Part shown: piece after piece, positions 12,272 to 25,571 of the stretch
How positions within the stretch are numbered: position 1 is the first letter of the stretch
Layout: each line of letters starts with the position of its first letter
Source of the DNA: Guillardia theta CCMP2712
Taxonomy: Eukaryota > Protista > Cryptophyta
DNA: 64,000 nt
Direction of reading: 5' to 3'
Assembly: GCF_000315625.1 (NCBI RefSeq)
Contig: NW_005434656.1
Span: forward strand, 479,741 to 543,740
The notes under the pieces: generated by a model
What the model was told of the DNA's origin: nothing
Database searches by the model: none
What the model saw: only the letters and a program-made list of their open reading frames with translations
Made by a program: the position numbers and the translations under genes

Positions 12272-14032
12272 ATGGAGGAGGAGGACGAGCTGTCGACGCT
12301 CTCAGGGGCCCACAGGTCGTACAAAGAGCATGGGAGAGAAGGAGAACTGATATCGGTAAGGATGATCTACTCTCTCTTTACCTGATCAGACGAGACATTT
12401 CTGAGCAATACACGTTTGAAATGCCATCACTCGCGCGCCATTGCTGATGTATACTTGTTTCTGCAGGCGAATCGGAATCATGCACAGGGAGAGGGACTGA
12501 ATCTTGAAGGTGGGAAAGAAAAACACAGGTCAGATCCTTCAAACGAACAACTATATGGTGTTGCCATACAATTCAAGCAGCACCCTTCAGGGGTACTATG
12601 CGTAAATGTGATCAAGGAAGGCGGGCCTGCCTGGGGGAAGGGCATCTTGCCGGGTGACATCATCGCAAGTGTAGATGGCAGGGACGTGCTGCATGAACCA
12701 TTCGAAAAGGTCTCTCCTCTCATCAAAGGCCCCCAGGGCTCCGTCGTTTCCATCGGATTCCTTCGACCGGAGTCAGAAGGCAGTCTAGAGGAGAACGGGA
12801 TTCCTGTCGGGCAGCATTACACAGTCAAGATCAGGAGGCAGGAATCTGTCTTCGGACGTTCCTTTGGCAGCGGGAGAAACTTGGTCAGCAGCAGTGGGCA
12901 TGGTGAGAAGTCTAAAGCAAGTAGGGAAGACCCAAAGGATGGGGATTGTGAAGAAGATCAAGCAGGAGCGGCGAATTTAGTAGCGCGATCACAGGCGATC
13001 ATGCAGGCAGCTGTAGTTGCACGTGTCAATGCAAATTCAGCGATCATGTCAGCAGCCACACGACGAAATCATCACTCGCTTCCATCCACCTTGTCCGATG
13101 GGCTGAGGGTATGGTTCCAGATGTGATGTTGCTCTGCTCATTCAGCTTGCTGGACAGGAAGAGGTGCAGCGAAAAACTAAGAGTGACACGTATGCAAGGG
13201 GAGTTATGGAACAGACCAAGACGGAACAGATGGAGCACTTGACAGCATATGCTCAACCTGTCTCTGCAGGTTGCCTTCCCCTCCCTCTTTTCACCTGTTT
13301 CAATCTTTAAGGTGCGACAGCTGAGAGGATGGAGCTTGCCGCTGAGAATGCCTCCTACCAACGTCAACTTCGGCTTCGAATGAAAGCGTTGAAACTTGAG
13401 GTTGTTTGGCGCACAGATGGAAGACCAACATGGATAGCAAAGCCTGAAACTTGTTTCTTAGGCGAAGGAAGAAGTCGCTGCGCAAGACGATGCCGCTCAT
13501 GAAATTCCTCTCATTTCATCGAGATCCGCGAAATCTCAGGAGGTACACAGCGCTAGAAATGCTTCCTTGTTTTCCATTCTCTTGCTGACACAATCTTACA
13601 AACCGTACACTCCCCCATATCTCTCGTCATCCTGAGACCATCTTGCTGATGCTATCCGACAGAAGACAGACAAGGACAGCGATGTATTGAGTGCGCAGCA
13701 GCTGGAGGATCGGGATCGGGCTCGTGCACTGAAGCGAATGATTCTATCCCGGAAAGCTCGGTGATGGCTGCTGCTTGTGAAAGAGCTTCTAACCCGTTAT
13801 CGTGGTAGTCCTCATTCAGCAGTCAAGGGCTACGGTGAGCATGCAGACTGGCTGGAAGTGGTGGAGCAGAGAAGGCGAGTTGCCCGCGAGTCACAAGCAC
13901 TGACGTGAGATTGTTCCGTCGGCTGGGGTTATGTCTGCGCTGAGAAGTTTGCAGGCATCGGAGCAGCAGGAGCAAGACAAAGCCGCCGCTGCAGCCTATG
14001 AAGCCTGTGACATGGCAAGAAGAATGTGTTGA
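12272..14032 (+). CDS. PDZ-domain protein, multi-exon
   Basis: YGVAIQF...VIKEGGPAW...ILPGDIIASVDG...LIKGPQGSVVSIGFLR is a canonical PDZ; downstream exons inferred from splice signals. Confidence 0.7.
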
Positions 14033-14139
14033 GATGGTCGGCGTGTGTAGAAATTGTTTGACCCAAGCAATTAATGCTATCTGATCTCGTCAGCATCTCA
14101 GGGCCTTCTCAGGCCGCGTGTCTGCACATTGAATTAGTG

Positions 14140-14410
14140 GTATGATCCGTGAGCCAGTCCGCCGGTCCGGTCCGAGTCACCCGGTTGGTCCAAGGTCCGT
14201 TGTCGGCGGGTGACTGACCGGCGCTCAGCTGGCTTAACCCGGCCGGGCCGTTCGCCGGAAGTCCGACGGCCCGACGGTCCGGCCGGGCCGGACTCCGAGG
14301 CGGGAGTCAGTGCGGCGGTGCGCGGCCCGTCCTCCGAGCGTGCGACTGCTAGCCTAGTAGGCCGGGCACCGTCCGGTGTCATGGTCAGCGCCAGGCGTGC
14401 TGACAACACC
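14140..14410. other. GC-rich intergenic island
   Basis: Same CCGG/GAGTCA/CAGT vocabulary as 8607-9170. Confidence 0.65.
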
Positions 14411-14454
14411 TGGTCTTCTAGCTAGATCAACTTATTAGACTTGCATGAGCAGAC

Positions 14455-14720
14455 ACGAAGAAAACAAGATGAGAAGAAGATAAGAAGAAGAAAAGAAGAA
14501 GAAAAGAAGAAGAAAAGAAGGGGTGAGAGAAGAAGATGAGAAGAAGACGAGGAGGAGAAGAAGAAGAGAAGAAGAAGAGAAGAAGAAGAAAAGAAGATGA
14601 GAGAAGAAGATGAGGAGAAGATAAGAAGAGGATGAGAAGAAGAAGAAAGAAGATGAGAGAAGAGGATGAGGAGAAGATGAGGAGAAGATCAGAAGAAGAT
14701 GAGAAGAAGATGAGAAGAAC
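14455..14720. repeat. GAA/AGA purine-rich low-complexity tract
   Basis: Direct read. Confidence 0.9.
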
Positions 14721-14958
14721 GATAGGGTGAATGGAATGCAGGACGCATTGAAATATAGAAGGGGAATGAGGATGTAAACTGGATGGGATCGGGGGAGGGA
14801 CCTCGGGATCAGAGCAGGTGAGCAGGTGAGGGGGAGCAAGAGCTAGAGCTCGTGAGGTTCCTCGAGTGCCAGAGTTCGTGTTTCATTGTTGCGTGCTCCT
14901 GTTCTGCTGCCGCTTGCTAGCAGACGGAGCCTGCGATGTGCTCACAACTGGACAGGAG

Positions 14959-15778
14959 ATGGAGGCTGGCCACAAGCGAGACGTCAACGGGCAGATCAAG
15001 ACAGCAGAGGCCCCGCCTGATCCCCAGGCTTTCAAGTACAGAGTGACTTCAGGTGCATACGGAAATAGGGGACTGAAAGCTCAGGTCGCTCTCTCCTCCT
15101 TCCTCTCCTCTTGCCTGACTTGTCGGTTAGCTGGAAGACGTGGAAGTGCAAGTCCCGGACCTCTCTGCCTTGGGGTCGGAGGAGCTGAGCAAGTACAGGA
15201 GCGCCTTCTTCGCCATCTTCGACGGGCATGCAGGGAGAAACGCTGCTGAGTTCTGTGCGGAGAACTTGCCGAGGCTGATCGCGGAGAAGATCGAGAAGCC
15301 GACAGAGAACGAGCACGTGAGGAAGGCGATCATGCAGGGCTTCAAGGATGCCGACGCCAAGTTCCTCGCGATGGCGGAGGAGCGCGGCTTCAAGGATGGC
15401 TGTACCGCAGTCACGGTGACGCTCCTACGCGACGTGATGTTTGTAGGATGGGTAGGAGACTCCAAGGCTGTGCTGGCGAGGAGGGAGAGAGAGGAGGAGA
15501 GTTCGCGGCTCAAGGCCCTCAGCCTCACGCGGGATCACACGGCGATGCAGGCGAAGGAGCGGGAGAGGATCGTCAAGGCCGGAGGCTTCGTGGAGAACAA
15601 CCGGGTGAACGGGATCATGGAGGTCAGCAGGTCCATCGGCGACCCGCAGCTCAAGAAGGCTGGTGTTTCCTCCTCCCCTGAGATCGAACGAGTCACCCTC
15701 TGTGACCGCGACGAGTTCCTCCTGCTCGCTTGCGACGGCCTCTGGCGCGTCATGGATGCCAAGGAAGCTATCGAAAGG
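14959..15778 (+). CDS. PP2C/PPM phosphatase (ILKAP-like); C-terminus not found
   Basis: FAIFDGHAG, DGCTA, VGDSKAVL, RVNGIMEVSRSIGD, LLLACDGLW motifs. The final GSxDN motif is not seen downstream. Confidence 0.85.
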
Positions 15779-15823
15779 TCTGGATACTCCCTCCTCCCTC
15801 CTCCCTCCTCCCTCCTCCCTCCC

Positions 15824-18800
15824 CCATTGTTCCGGCCGGTGGCACCAGCAACTCCGCGAGTACACTGAGACAAGTGTGAGAAGGAGGGAGAGGCAGCAAG
15901 GAGGAGGACCTCGGCTCCTTGACGAGGAGTGGCGGCAGGTCATGGACGAAGGCAGCTGGAGGAGAGGAGAGCTCCCTGTCAGCCCCTTCGTCTCTCCTCC
16001 TCGACCATCGAAGGCTCAACTTCCCCGGACTTGCTTCCCCCGCCTGCCTCGGCACGAAGCTGAACAGCATGCATTGCTTCTCCCCGCGTTCCAGCTCAAC
16101 CCCAACTTCCTCGCCGAGAGGACGCAGCTCCTCCTCTCCGAGCTGCAGGGAAGCTTCCTCCAGCAGCAGTGCAGCTGGAGAGAGTGCCTCGAGGATCACA
16201 CGAGCGATCACCGACTCCCCTCGAAGCACAAAATTCGGAGAGGATGAGGCAGCAGCCGGGGAGGCTGAGAAGGAGGAGGAGGAGGAGGAGGAGGAGGGAG
16301 CAGAAGAGGATGGGGTGACGTCTGCTGTGGGTTGGTGTACGAGGAGGCTGTCAGCATGAGACAAAGCCCCGTAGAGGACGGTGAGAAGAAAGGGCTTCTC
16401 TACCTCCACCTCCACCTGCTGCTCCACTCGTGAAACTTTCCCGCTGTCTCCCTCATGCTGCAGCTCCGCACGTAGCGCCAACTGCAGCACGTCCAGCGAA
16501 GGCATCGCCTCCTCCTCCACCACCTTCAAGTGCAAGACCTCCACGTGCTCTTCACCTCCGTCCACCACTGGCAGCTCCAACTCCAGCTCGCTCCCTCCTC
16601 CCTCCTGTCTCCCCGTTGCCTTCGCCGCAAAGAGCTGCACCTGCGCCCTGCCCTGCACGTCTGTCATGTCCACACGACACTTGAGGCGGCCAGCGCGGAG
16701 CTGAGAGGAGGAGGAGGAGAGCACGCGGAGAGCGACAGGGAAGAGCTCGCCGAGGAGAGCCGGAGGATGGCAGACCATGGCGACCTTGGCGTCCGGCTTT
16801 GCCGCCATCACCATCGTCTCCCTTTGCTCCGCGTGCTCCTGCCCCCCGCGACCTCGCGCTCCCTCCTCTGTCCGAAGAAGAATACAAGCAGGCGGTGCTC
16901 CCCAGACGAGCGTGACGTTCCTGATGCCGAGATGCGAGGCAGGAAGAGAGGCAGGAAGCGCACAGTCAATCTTCCAGCAGCTGCCCGGCACGAGATCCAG
17001 CTCATGCTCGATGCGGATACGATGCTTGACCTGCTCCTCCTCCTCAAGTTGCAGTTCACGATCGTCAACCTCGACGGCAGAGAGCAGGAAGTTGTAGTTG
17101 CTGTCTGTGCATCGAGCGACGAGGGCGGAGAGCCGAAGAGGAGCAGGGAGGGCTGAGCTGAGTTCCAGCTTGAATGTCAGCTGCTCTCCGACGGTGAAGG
17201 TCGACGAGCTGAAAGAGAGGGAGAAGCAGAGGAGGGAAGGAGGGAGGGAGACCAGCACGGGAGCTCGTAGGTTAGCCCAGCTCAGGTCCACCTGAGGTCT
17301 TGTCATGTCATGCGGCAGATCTCGCTGCTCACCTTGGTGGGAGGGGGCGACGAGCTTTGGGGCAGCTCGAGAGGAAAGCCGCTGACAAGCAGCTGCACGT
17401 CCTCCTGCAACCTCCTCCTGCGGTCAAGACCCTGCAGGCGGCATGTTAGCTGGGAGAAGAAGGCAGCAAGAGCACCAGCTGGAGTCGCTCCTCCAGCAGC
17501 TTCAGGCTCGTTGCCACCAAGAGCTCGAGATCTCCTAGCGCCCTGCTGGTGTCCAGCTTCCACTGACATCAGCACTTGTTCACTTGGTCGTTCCTAGCAG
17601 CTCACCTGCAGTTGGAGGACTTCTTGCTCGAGCACAAACCAGCGATCCTTTACTATCGGACCAAGCAGAAGACTCGTAAGCTCCTCCTGGTCCAACGGGA
17701 GTTACAAGCTCTCCTCCCCTCCTCCCCACCCTTCCTCTTCTTGTCTCTCCTCCCTCCTCCCCACCCTTCCTCTTCTTGTCTCTCCTCCCTCCTCCCCACC
17801 CTTCCTCTTCTTCTCTCTCTTCTTCTCTCTCTTCTTCTCTCCCCACTCCCTGTATCACCTGGGCTTCTTGCATACTCCCGGACTCCAAGAGCGACTTTGC
17901 CATTGCCAGCTGTACTGCCACTTCTCGTCTCGGGTGCTTTTGCTGCATGTACTTCTCCTGCTCCTCACCGTCAGCTTGCTCTCTTCCCCTTCCATGTAAT
18001 TACTCCCCGGCCCTTCCTCTCTTCCACCTTTCTCCCATCCTTCCCTCACCCTGGCTCGCTTGAAGCATTCTCGTGCTTCGCTCAGCAGGTCAACTCGTCG
18101 TTCCATCTCCTCGTTCTTCAGCTCCTCCTGGTCCTTCTGTCCCCAGAAGAGAGCGCATTCAACCGCATTGTCGTCTCGGCCTGACTTGTCGCTCGTCGCC
18201 TTCAGCGCTTGCTTGCGCTGAAGCAGCAGGCGAGCACAAGCCTCCCAGTGGATACCCGAGTCGATTCTATGAAGCGTGAGAAGCTCTCAAAGGCAAGTCG
18301 AAAGAACCTCGAGGAGGAGCCGTCGGAAGCCTCTGCCTCATCCAGAAGCTTGAGAGAGGTAAGACGAGACCCAGAGCAGCAAGATGAGAGGAAGGAACAA
18401 AGAAGGAGGGGGGGCGGGGGGGGGGAAGGTCTCTACCTTTGCGAATAGGAAGTGCTGGCGAGACATCCAGGCGAGGTGGGAGGGGAGAGACTCTCCTTGA
18501 AAGATGTTCCTACGGGCAAGAAGTGAGGAGGCCCGGAGCGACGTCAGAGACAGAAGACCAGAAGTTGATATGTCGGAACACTTGTTGCTGCGCGTCATGG
18601 GGAGAGGTCAGCTGCATGAGCAGCAGGCAGATCTTCACGTTGAGCACTTCTGCCACTCGTTTGAATTCTCCGAATCTTTCCATCACCACATGCCCGACGC
18701 CATCGCAGACGTCACTGTAGGAAAGGAGAAACTGCTTCAGCGCGGCTGATCGCTCCTTGTGTTCCAGGTAAAACGCGAGCTTGATGCCTTGTCGGACGAT

Positions 18801-19418
18801 GAGCTCAAGCTGGTGCTGGCGGTTGAAGGATAAGAGCTTCGTCCTGGCCCGTGCACATGCCTCGTCCAACAGCAGCCAGGCAGCATCCATCAGCTTGTGC
18901 TGAAGCTTCTCGGCGCTCAGACGCAAGGCAAACTCAGGGTGGCGGATGACGAGGGCAGCAAGCGATCGCTGGTACTCCAGCCTGTGCAGCAGCAGCTCAA
19001 ACCGTTGATCCACGTCCGTCGGCGTCGCTCCCTCCACCACCAACGCCAGCACCACTCGAACGCCTGGACGCGATACCTCCTGCTCAGCGAGAGCCACCTG
19101 CTGTTTGAGCTGATGCAGGTCGCCAGCCTCGTCCGCCGCTTTCCAAGGTATGAGGATGGCGATGGCGCAAGGACGAAGCATCACGTGTTTGCGCAACCAT
19201 TGCTTCTTCAGCATCCCGCTAGCTCGCTGCACTCCATGCCCTCCCTCCTTATGCTGCCCGATCGCTGATGGCAGACTGTCAAGGTCAACGGTGCGAAGAA
19301 GAGGCATGCTCTGTCCTAGCTCCCCTTGCACTTGCTTCATGCCATACAGGGCCACCAGAGGGACGGGAGGCTCATGCAGCAGGAATGAGGGGATGGCTCG
19401 ATGTACCTCCTCCTCCAT
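15824..19418 (-). CDS. TRAPPC11: TRAPP complex subunit 11 (foie gras/gryzun), multi-exon; 3' end apparently truncated
   Basis: N-terminal PPVPLVALYG...GMLKKQWLRKH...P and RQGIKLAFYLE motifs, followed by beta-sandwich gryzun-like exons (15768-17306). Confidence 0.75.
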
Positions 19419-19490
19419 GATGACGCAATCCCTCTTCTCTGCTGTAAGCAAGGAAGGAGTGCAAGAAACCGTGAACAAGATTCAAGGAGA

Positions 19491-19587
19491 CAGCAGGAGA
19501 GCAGCAGGAGAGCAGCAGGAGAGCAGCAGGAGAGCAGCAGGAGAGCAGCAGGAGAGCAGCAGGAGAGCAGCAGGAGAGCAGCAGGAG
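19491..19587. repeat. 11-bp tandem repeat (CAGCAGGAGAG)n
   Basis: About 8-9 copies read directly. Confidence 0.9.
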
Positions 19588-19951
19588 GAAGGCGAAGGGG
19601 TGAAGACTTTCAAGCGGCGAGCACAGGTAGCGACAGCGGCTGGTCAGTGACACCGCATGGCGATTGTACCCCTCATCCCCCCTCACGCCCTCACTGCCTT
19701 GCCCAAATCAAGTTGAGTTAAACTTTCGAGGAACTGAGACATGGCAGCCTGAGGCGCTAGACCGAGAGACCTCAGAAGCTTGTCGCCTCCGCTACACTCC
19801 CTCCCCTCCCTCCCCTCCCTCCCCTCCCTCCCCTCCCTCCCCTCCGGCGCCGCCGCCGGCACAGGCCACTGCCACCCCCGACCCAGAGGACATCAGTGCT
19901 AGAGTCTATTACAGGCATACAAGTACAAGTACAGAAGCTCAGGAAAGTGCA

Positions 19952-22900
19952 TCACAAAGTCCAGCTATGCTTGAGCTCGCTCGGCGAGCTGGACGGAGCA
20001 TCACTCGAAGTAGTCTTGCCGTCCTCCCTCAACCACTGCGAGGACATTAGGGCCGGGCCAGGAGAACCTCTCACCGTCTTCCTACCTGTCGCCAAGTAGT
20101 ACTGGTAGAAGTACTGGTTCCCTAGCTCCAGGTCCTCCTGCTCTCAGGTCAGTCAACTTGTGACTGTTGGCTCGTCTGTCTCCTCCCTCCCCACTCACTC
20201 GATTGCGCATGTCCAGCTCCATGCTCAAGTCCTCGTTGAGCTCCAAGTCGAACTGCATCTCCTCGTCCAACTGACTCATCGCGTCCTCTCTTCCTACCCC
20301 TTCCGCTGCTGCTCCTTGCGACTGAGCTGGTCCCACGAGCTTGTCGACTGCTGTCACTCGCTCTGCAGTGAACCACCTGGAACCCTCTCAGAACTCCGTC
20401 TACCTCTCTCCCTCCTACCGGTGAAGGAGCGCATCAGCCGATCTGATCCTTTTGCGAGGATTCTTCTCGAGCAACTGTACCAACGTCAGAGGGGGTTGGA
20501 GGGGGGGCGATGGCAAAGACAAGAGGAGGGAGGAAGGGGCGTGAAGGGGAACCTGCATGATGAGCTCGCGCATGTCGGAGGAAGCAACCATTCCCCTACT
20601 GCCGTCTCAGACCCTCCTCCACCTCTCACACTCAGCAGCACCAGGAGGGGTCCGGGAACTCAACGGCTGCGGGCAGCGCGACCTCGTGAGGGAGGAAGGG
20701 AGAGAAGCCGAACATCTGCCGCAGCATCAGCAGGTCCTGCCGACCTCAAAATTCCCCACCATCTCGTAGAGAGTTATGCCAAGCGCCCAGATGTCCATAG
20801 CAAAGTTGATCGCCTCCTCCTCCTCCTGCAGTACTTCCGGAGGAAGATACCCGATGGTGCCCGCTGCGGTCTGAGAACAAGATCATCTCCTCCCTCCCCT
20901 CGCTGCTCTCCTGCATTGCCGTGCTACCTGCTCGTGAGCAACAGCAGTATCCGACTGATCTGACAAGTCGACTGCTAAGCCCAAGTCGATGACGTAGGCG
21001 CGTCCACTGAAAGGAGGATGAGCGCAAGACGGGATAGCGAGAGGAGATGAGCGAGGGGGGGGACGAGGGACTAGGAGGGAGGAAGTGACCTGGTAGCGAG
21101 CAAGACGTTTCTCGGCTTGATGTCGCGGTGAATGATCGACATGGAATGCATGTGATCGACGGCTCTGAGGATCTGCGAGGAAGGAACGTGTGAAGGGAGA
21201 AGACCCACAAGACAATTTAGACCTGTAGGAAGATGCTCGCGCAAACTTCTTCCTCCAATCGCCTGCTGATCTACATGATAAAGTCAGAGGAACAAGCGAG
21301 GAGCAGCCCAACACTTGCAACACACCTGAAGAACATCATGCAGCTCTGATCCTTCCACAAACCCCAAGATGAGCGCAACAGTCGCGCCCAGCTCGTAGTA
21401 ACCGTAGAGCTGACAAGTAGAATCAAAATTCATCTCCACTGCTGCCCTTTCATCCCTCCTCACGACCTCCCGGACCTCTTCCTTCTCCCAACGCCTCTCC
21501 TTCTCCTCACCTTTACAATGTTGGGGTGATCGCACTTGCCATGCACACGTATCTCACGGTCAATTGAGTCACTGCCACCTACAAACAGGGTGAGGAGCGA
21601 AGAAAAAAGGGAAGAGGAAGAGGCTGGGGAAGGGAGGGAAAGAGGGACACAGGAAGAGGGGAGATTACTTGCTGTGCCGGGATCTCTGTAGACACACTAG
21701 CAAACAGGAGTGAGTGAGGAGAACTCGGAAGGGATTGTCACCTTAATCGCCAGCTGCTCGCCTTCTTGAGGGAAAGAGAACAGGTGCCTCCTCTTCTCCG
21801 TCACATTCCAACTCTGACAGTTCCTCTTGTTGACAACCTTGTCTGCGTCAGATCACCTCCCCTCCGACTCTCTCAGTCACCTTCACGCACTTCCCGAAGC
21901 TTCCTTCTCCTATCAGCTGCAAGACTCTCACTCCTGCTTGCTTTGGTAGCAAGGCCTTGGAGAACAGAGTCAACCAAAGCCAAGGGAACAGGACGAGACA
22001 GGGGAAGGACAGGTGAGACAAGGGGGAGGTAGCCACCTGCAAGCCACACAGTTCGGCTGAAGCAGGAATGTCTTCCTGCAGCTTCAACGCTTGTTTCATC
22101 AAGGTCTTGTGGTCTTTTGTGTCCACAATCTTCACATCCAGACGTTTTTCTTCCGGCGAGCAACGTCGAGGAGGAGACCACTTTTCGTTCTCAACCTCCG
22201 CTGACGACGAAGGGAGGAAGAAGTTTCTTTGCGGGATGGAGCAGCAAGCCGACTTGGCGATAGCTGATGACGCGGCTCGCGCTGCTCTGTTTAAGTTGGC
22301 GCACTTTCTGTCGGAACAGCAGGATTCGGACCGGGACAGGATGCACGAGCAGCTGGAGCAGTTAAGAAAAGAGTCAGAAGATCCCTCGGAGCTGATGCTG
22401 CTCCTCGGCAGTCGGTTGGCCTGGTGACCATGATGGAAGGTGCCGATGTAGGGGTTCGACTGCAGGCTTCCGGGTCTCTCGGGGAGAGGCCGAAGCACAA
22501 ATTCTCCATCAATCTCCAGCAGTTGGCTGTCCTCTAGCGCATCTCCCCTGCCATGCCGGTCCAGCTCTGTCATGGAGTTGGACCTGCACAGGCTTGTCCT
22601 GGTGTGATGATGAGGAATGTTAAGAGGCTCAGACAGCTCGTTCTTCGACGCCTCCACACTCTCGCTGACGGGACAGACAGATAGAGGCTCTTGCTTGCAG
22701 CCGTCGGCTATTTCAAAGAGGTTGCAGCGCATGGCAAGTCTAGATGACTTGTCCTGCACTAGCTCGTAAAGATTGTCATTCGAATTGGAAGCTGAAGCTG
22801 CAAACAACCTTTCCAACTCTATCTCATTGCTCATCACCTTAGCTGCCATAGAACCAATCGAACCTTCCACCTCTTCTGTTGTAGGAAATAATATCAAGAG

Positions 22901-23033
22901 CGATGCAACCAACTCAGATCAAAAGTCTTGGTGCCTGGATAACGGTACGAGTTGCACGAGAGTTTCACTGTCTCCTCTTCTCTCGGAGCTCCTCCTCACG
23001 CTCCTCCTCTACCGCCTTCCTTCCCACCGCCAT
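19952..23033 (-). CDS. Ser/Thr protein kinase with long Ser/Cys-rich N-terminus, multi-exon
   Basis: IGEGSFGKC, IIHRDIKPRNVLL, VIDLG, GTIGYLPPE, DIWALG motifs across exons. Confidence 0.85.
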
Positions 23034-23529
23034 GGCGTCCGTAGCCTCTAAGATGAGGAGCAAAGTTAAAATGTATGTAAGTTTATAACTTGCTTATATG
23101 ATTAAAACTTTGTAGAGTTGAGGTGTCGGGGGAGCCGGGGGTAGGGAGATATACAAGGAGGGCTGGTCGAGATGGACAAGATGATTTATACAATGATATA
23201 AAGTTAAATTACTAATATATTAGTGCAGATGCGAACATGAAAAGACTCCATTTAAATTATCATCCCCCGGGGATGATAATAGTTTTTGATGAAGTCGCGT
23301 TGGCGTGCAAAAATTACAGAATGTGTCTCATTGATTTCAATTTCTAAAACAAAGCTGAAAGATGATATCAAATAAACTTCAGCCTAGTCGTATCAACATT
23401 GTAAACTTTTGCTCTTGATCTTTGAAAAATGAGAATATTTTTGAAATTTGTTTTGAATCTGAGTGTTCGCAATCAACTGCTGACAGAATTAGTTGAAAAG
23501 ATATCTTTTCGATGGTTTAAAAGACAACG

Positions 23530-23895
23530 TGGCCCGGGCCGGCCCGGCCGGCCGGGCACTTGAATGCCGACTCTCAAGTCACTGAGTGGTCGGACCGTCC
23601 TGGACCCGGGCCCGGTCCCGGTCCGGCGGCCGCCGGGCCGTGTGTGCCACGGCCCGGTCTCTTTTTACTACCCGGTCATCCCTATCAACCGTGCGACGGT
23701 GGCGTATGATCGGAGACAAGTTGCCAACGGTGAGTTGTGTGCAGCGGCCGAGTACGGACGGTCCGGGCCGCCGGTGATCGGATGATGGCATCGGATCAGT
23801 CGGAGCAGTGCGATCTCGTGCGGTACCGTGCTCCTGTGCCCGGGCCGCCTCCCTCTGTCCGCTGCTGGCGGCCCGGCGGTCCCCCGGGCAGCGCG
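23530..23895. other. GC-rich island flanking the left side of the retrotransposon nest
   Basis: CCGG/GGCC/GATC-rich with no credible ORF. Confidence 0.65.
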
Positions 23896-25010
23896 TCCCC
23901 TTCTGCTGCTTGTTACCCCTCAGGCTCCGACGTAGCCACTGTTGCTTGGCCCAGATCAATCAAACAAATTGTGGCTGGGATGAGAGGCCTAAACTTGCCA
24001 ACCGTTGAACTTGACTTGCGGCCGCAGTAAAGAGAGAGCCTGATTGAAGAGAGGAGTCATCCGAATGTGTAAGGCTTGATAGAATTGCATGAATTTTCAA
24101 CTGCAACCGGAAACGGCGGTCACGGGTACTCCTCGCTAGCCTCCGAGTCAGCGGTAGCCGAGTCAGCGGTAGCCGCCCGTGACGGCGGCGACGCCGCGGC
24201 AATGCCCAAGGACCGGCGTGACCCGACCGATGCCGGGGAGGAAGCAGGCGAGCTCGGACCAGCGGCAAGCACCCCAGTGGTGTCGAGCTCTCCGGAGGCA
24301 CCTGACGTCACAGTGAGGGACGGAGACGCCTCGCCAGCTCCGCGCCGATCGTCGGCGCCACTCGACGTGTTTCCCCCATCGGAGTCGGAGACCTCCGGCG
24401 AAGACTCCCCCTCGGGCGACTCGACAAAGTCCGAGGAGGAGCTGTCCTCTGGCTCGAGAAGTGCTTGCGCCTGCAAGGGCGTCATGCGCCTCGCACCAGA
24501 CAAGAGCGCCTCCAGCGTCAGCTGCATGGTGAGGCGCTGATAGGTGGCGGCGCGTTTGCGAGCCAGGACCTCAGCAGCAGGGCCGTCATCAGGCACGAAG
24601 TGCCGACCAAACGCCGCATCCTCAAGAGGCATCGAGCGCTGAGCAATGATGTCCGCGAGATACCAGATGAAGCGGAGGGTGTCAGGATGCAGGGTACCGT
24701 CCGTCGAGATGGCAAGAGGGATGAACGCTCGAGGAGGAGTAGTCATAGCATATGCAGCGCGATGTTTGCGAATCTTCTCAGACGCTGCAGCATGGAGGGC
24801 GTCGAGGTTGACCTCCCCCCACTTGGTCAGGTCGGCAGAGCTACCAATGTAAGGGTGGACCAACGTCACGTCCGCCATCAAGCCCTCGTACTGCTCGGAC
24901 CCTCGATCGCGGATTCCAGGAATGTGGATATCGCCCTTCATCTTGCGGCCGTGACTCAGTGAGGATGGGAGGGTACCTGCCGTCGAGAACGAGGATCCCC
25001 CACTGTATCG

Positions 25011-25571
25011 TACCCTCCGTCCGCTGCCCCAGGCGGACCCCCGGGCAGCGCCGGCTCCTTGTCGGCGGCTGCCCTTTCTCCGTCCGCGGCCGCCCGCTTT
25101 GTGGCGGCAGCGGACGTCTCGACTGACAGTGGTCAGTCGGCTGCCTCCGGGTATCGCGTCTAAGGGATTTTCTTCCTCATGCATGCTCCTGCTGCTTGTT
25201 GCTTGATTGCTTGACCCTTAGGCTGCTTGTCTGCGCGGCTTCGCGCTTGGGCTGGCGATGCCGCGTCTGGGTGCCAGCAGTGCTGGTTCTTTTCGGGCTT
25301 GTGTTTTGTGTGTGTTTGTGCAGCTTCTCGCTGTGGTGCCAGCAGTGCTGGTTCTTTTCGGGCTTGTGTTTTGTGTGTGTTTGTGCAGCTTCTCGCTGTG
25401 GACTGTGTACCTGCCGGTTCAGCTTGTTCCTGCTTTGTTTTGCTTGAGGCACTTTTTACCTTCTGCGAGTAAATCCTATAAAGTCGCTGTGGACTGTGTG
25501 CCTGGAGGTTTAGCTTGTTCCTGCTTTGTTTTGCTTGAGGCACTTTTTACCTTCTGCCAGTAAATCCTACA
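25011..25571 (+). mobile_element. 5'-truncated copy B (ORF end + 3' UTR, two tandem 3' ends) inserted antisense into copy A
   Basis: TSD CCCCCACTGTATCG (24997-25010) / CCCCCCCTGTATCG (25572-25585); ends TAAATCCTATA at 25480 and TAAATCCTACA at 25571. Confidence 0.9.

Noticed and set aside
23284-23362. C/D box snoRNA (TGATGA...CTGA)
   Set aside because: The boxes are present, but the terminal stem is weak and no rRNA guide could be identified by eye; such motifs are expected by chance in AT-rich DNA.
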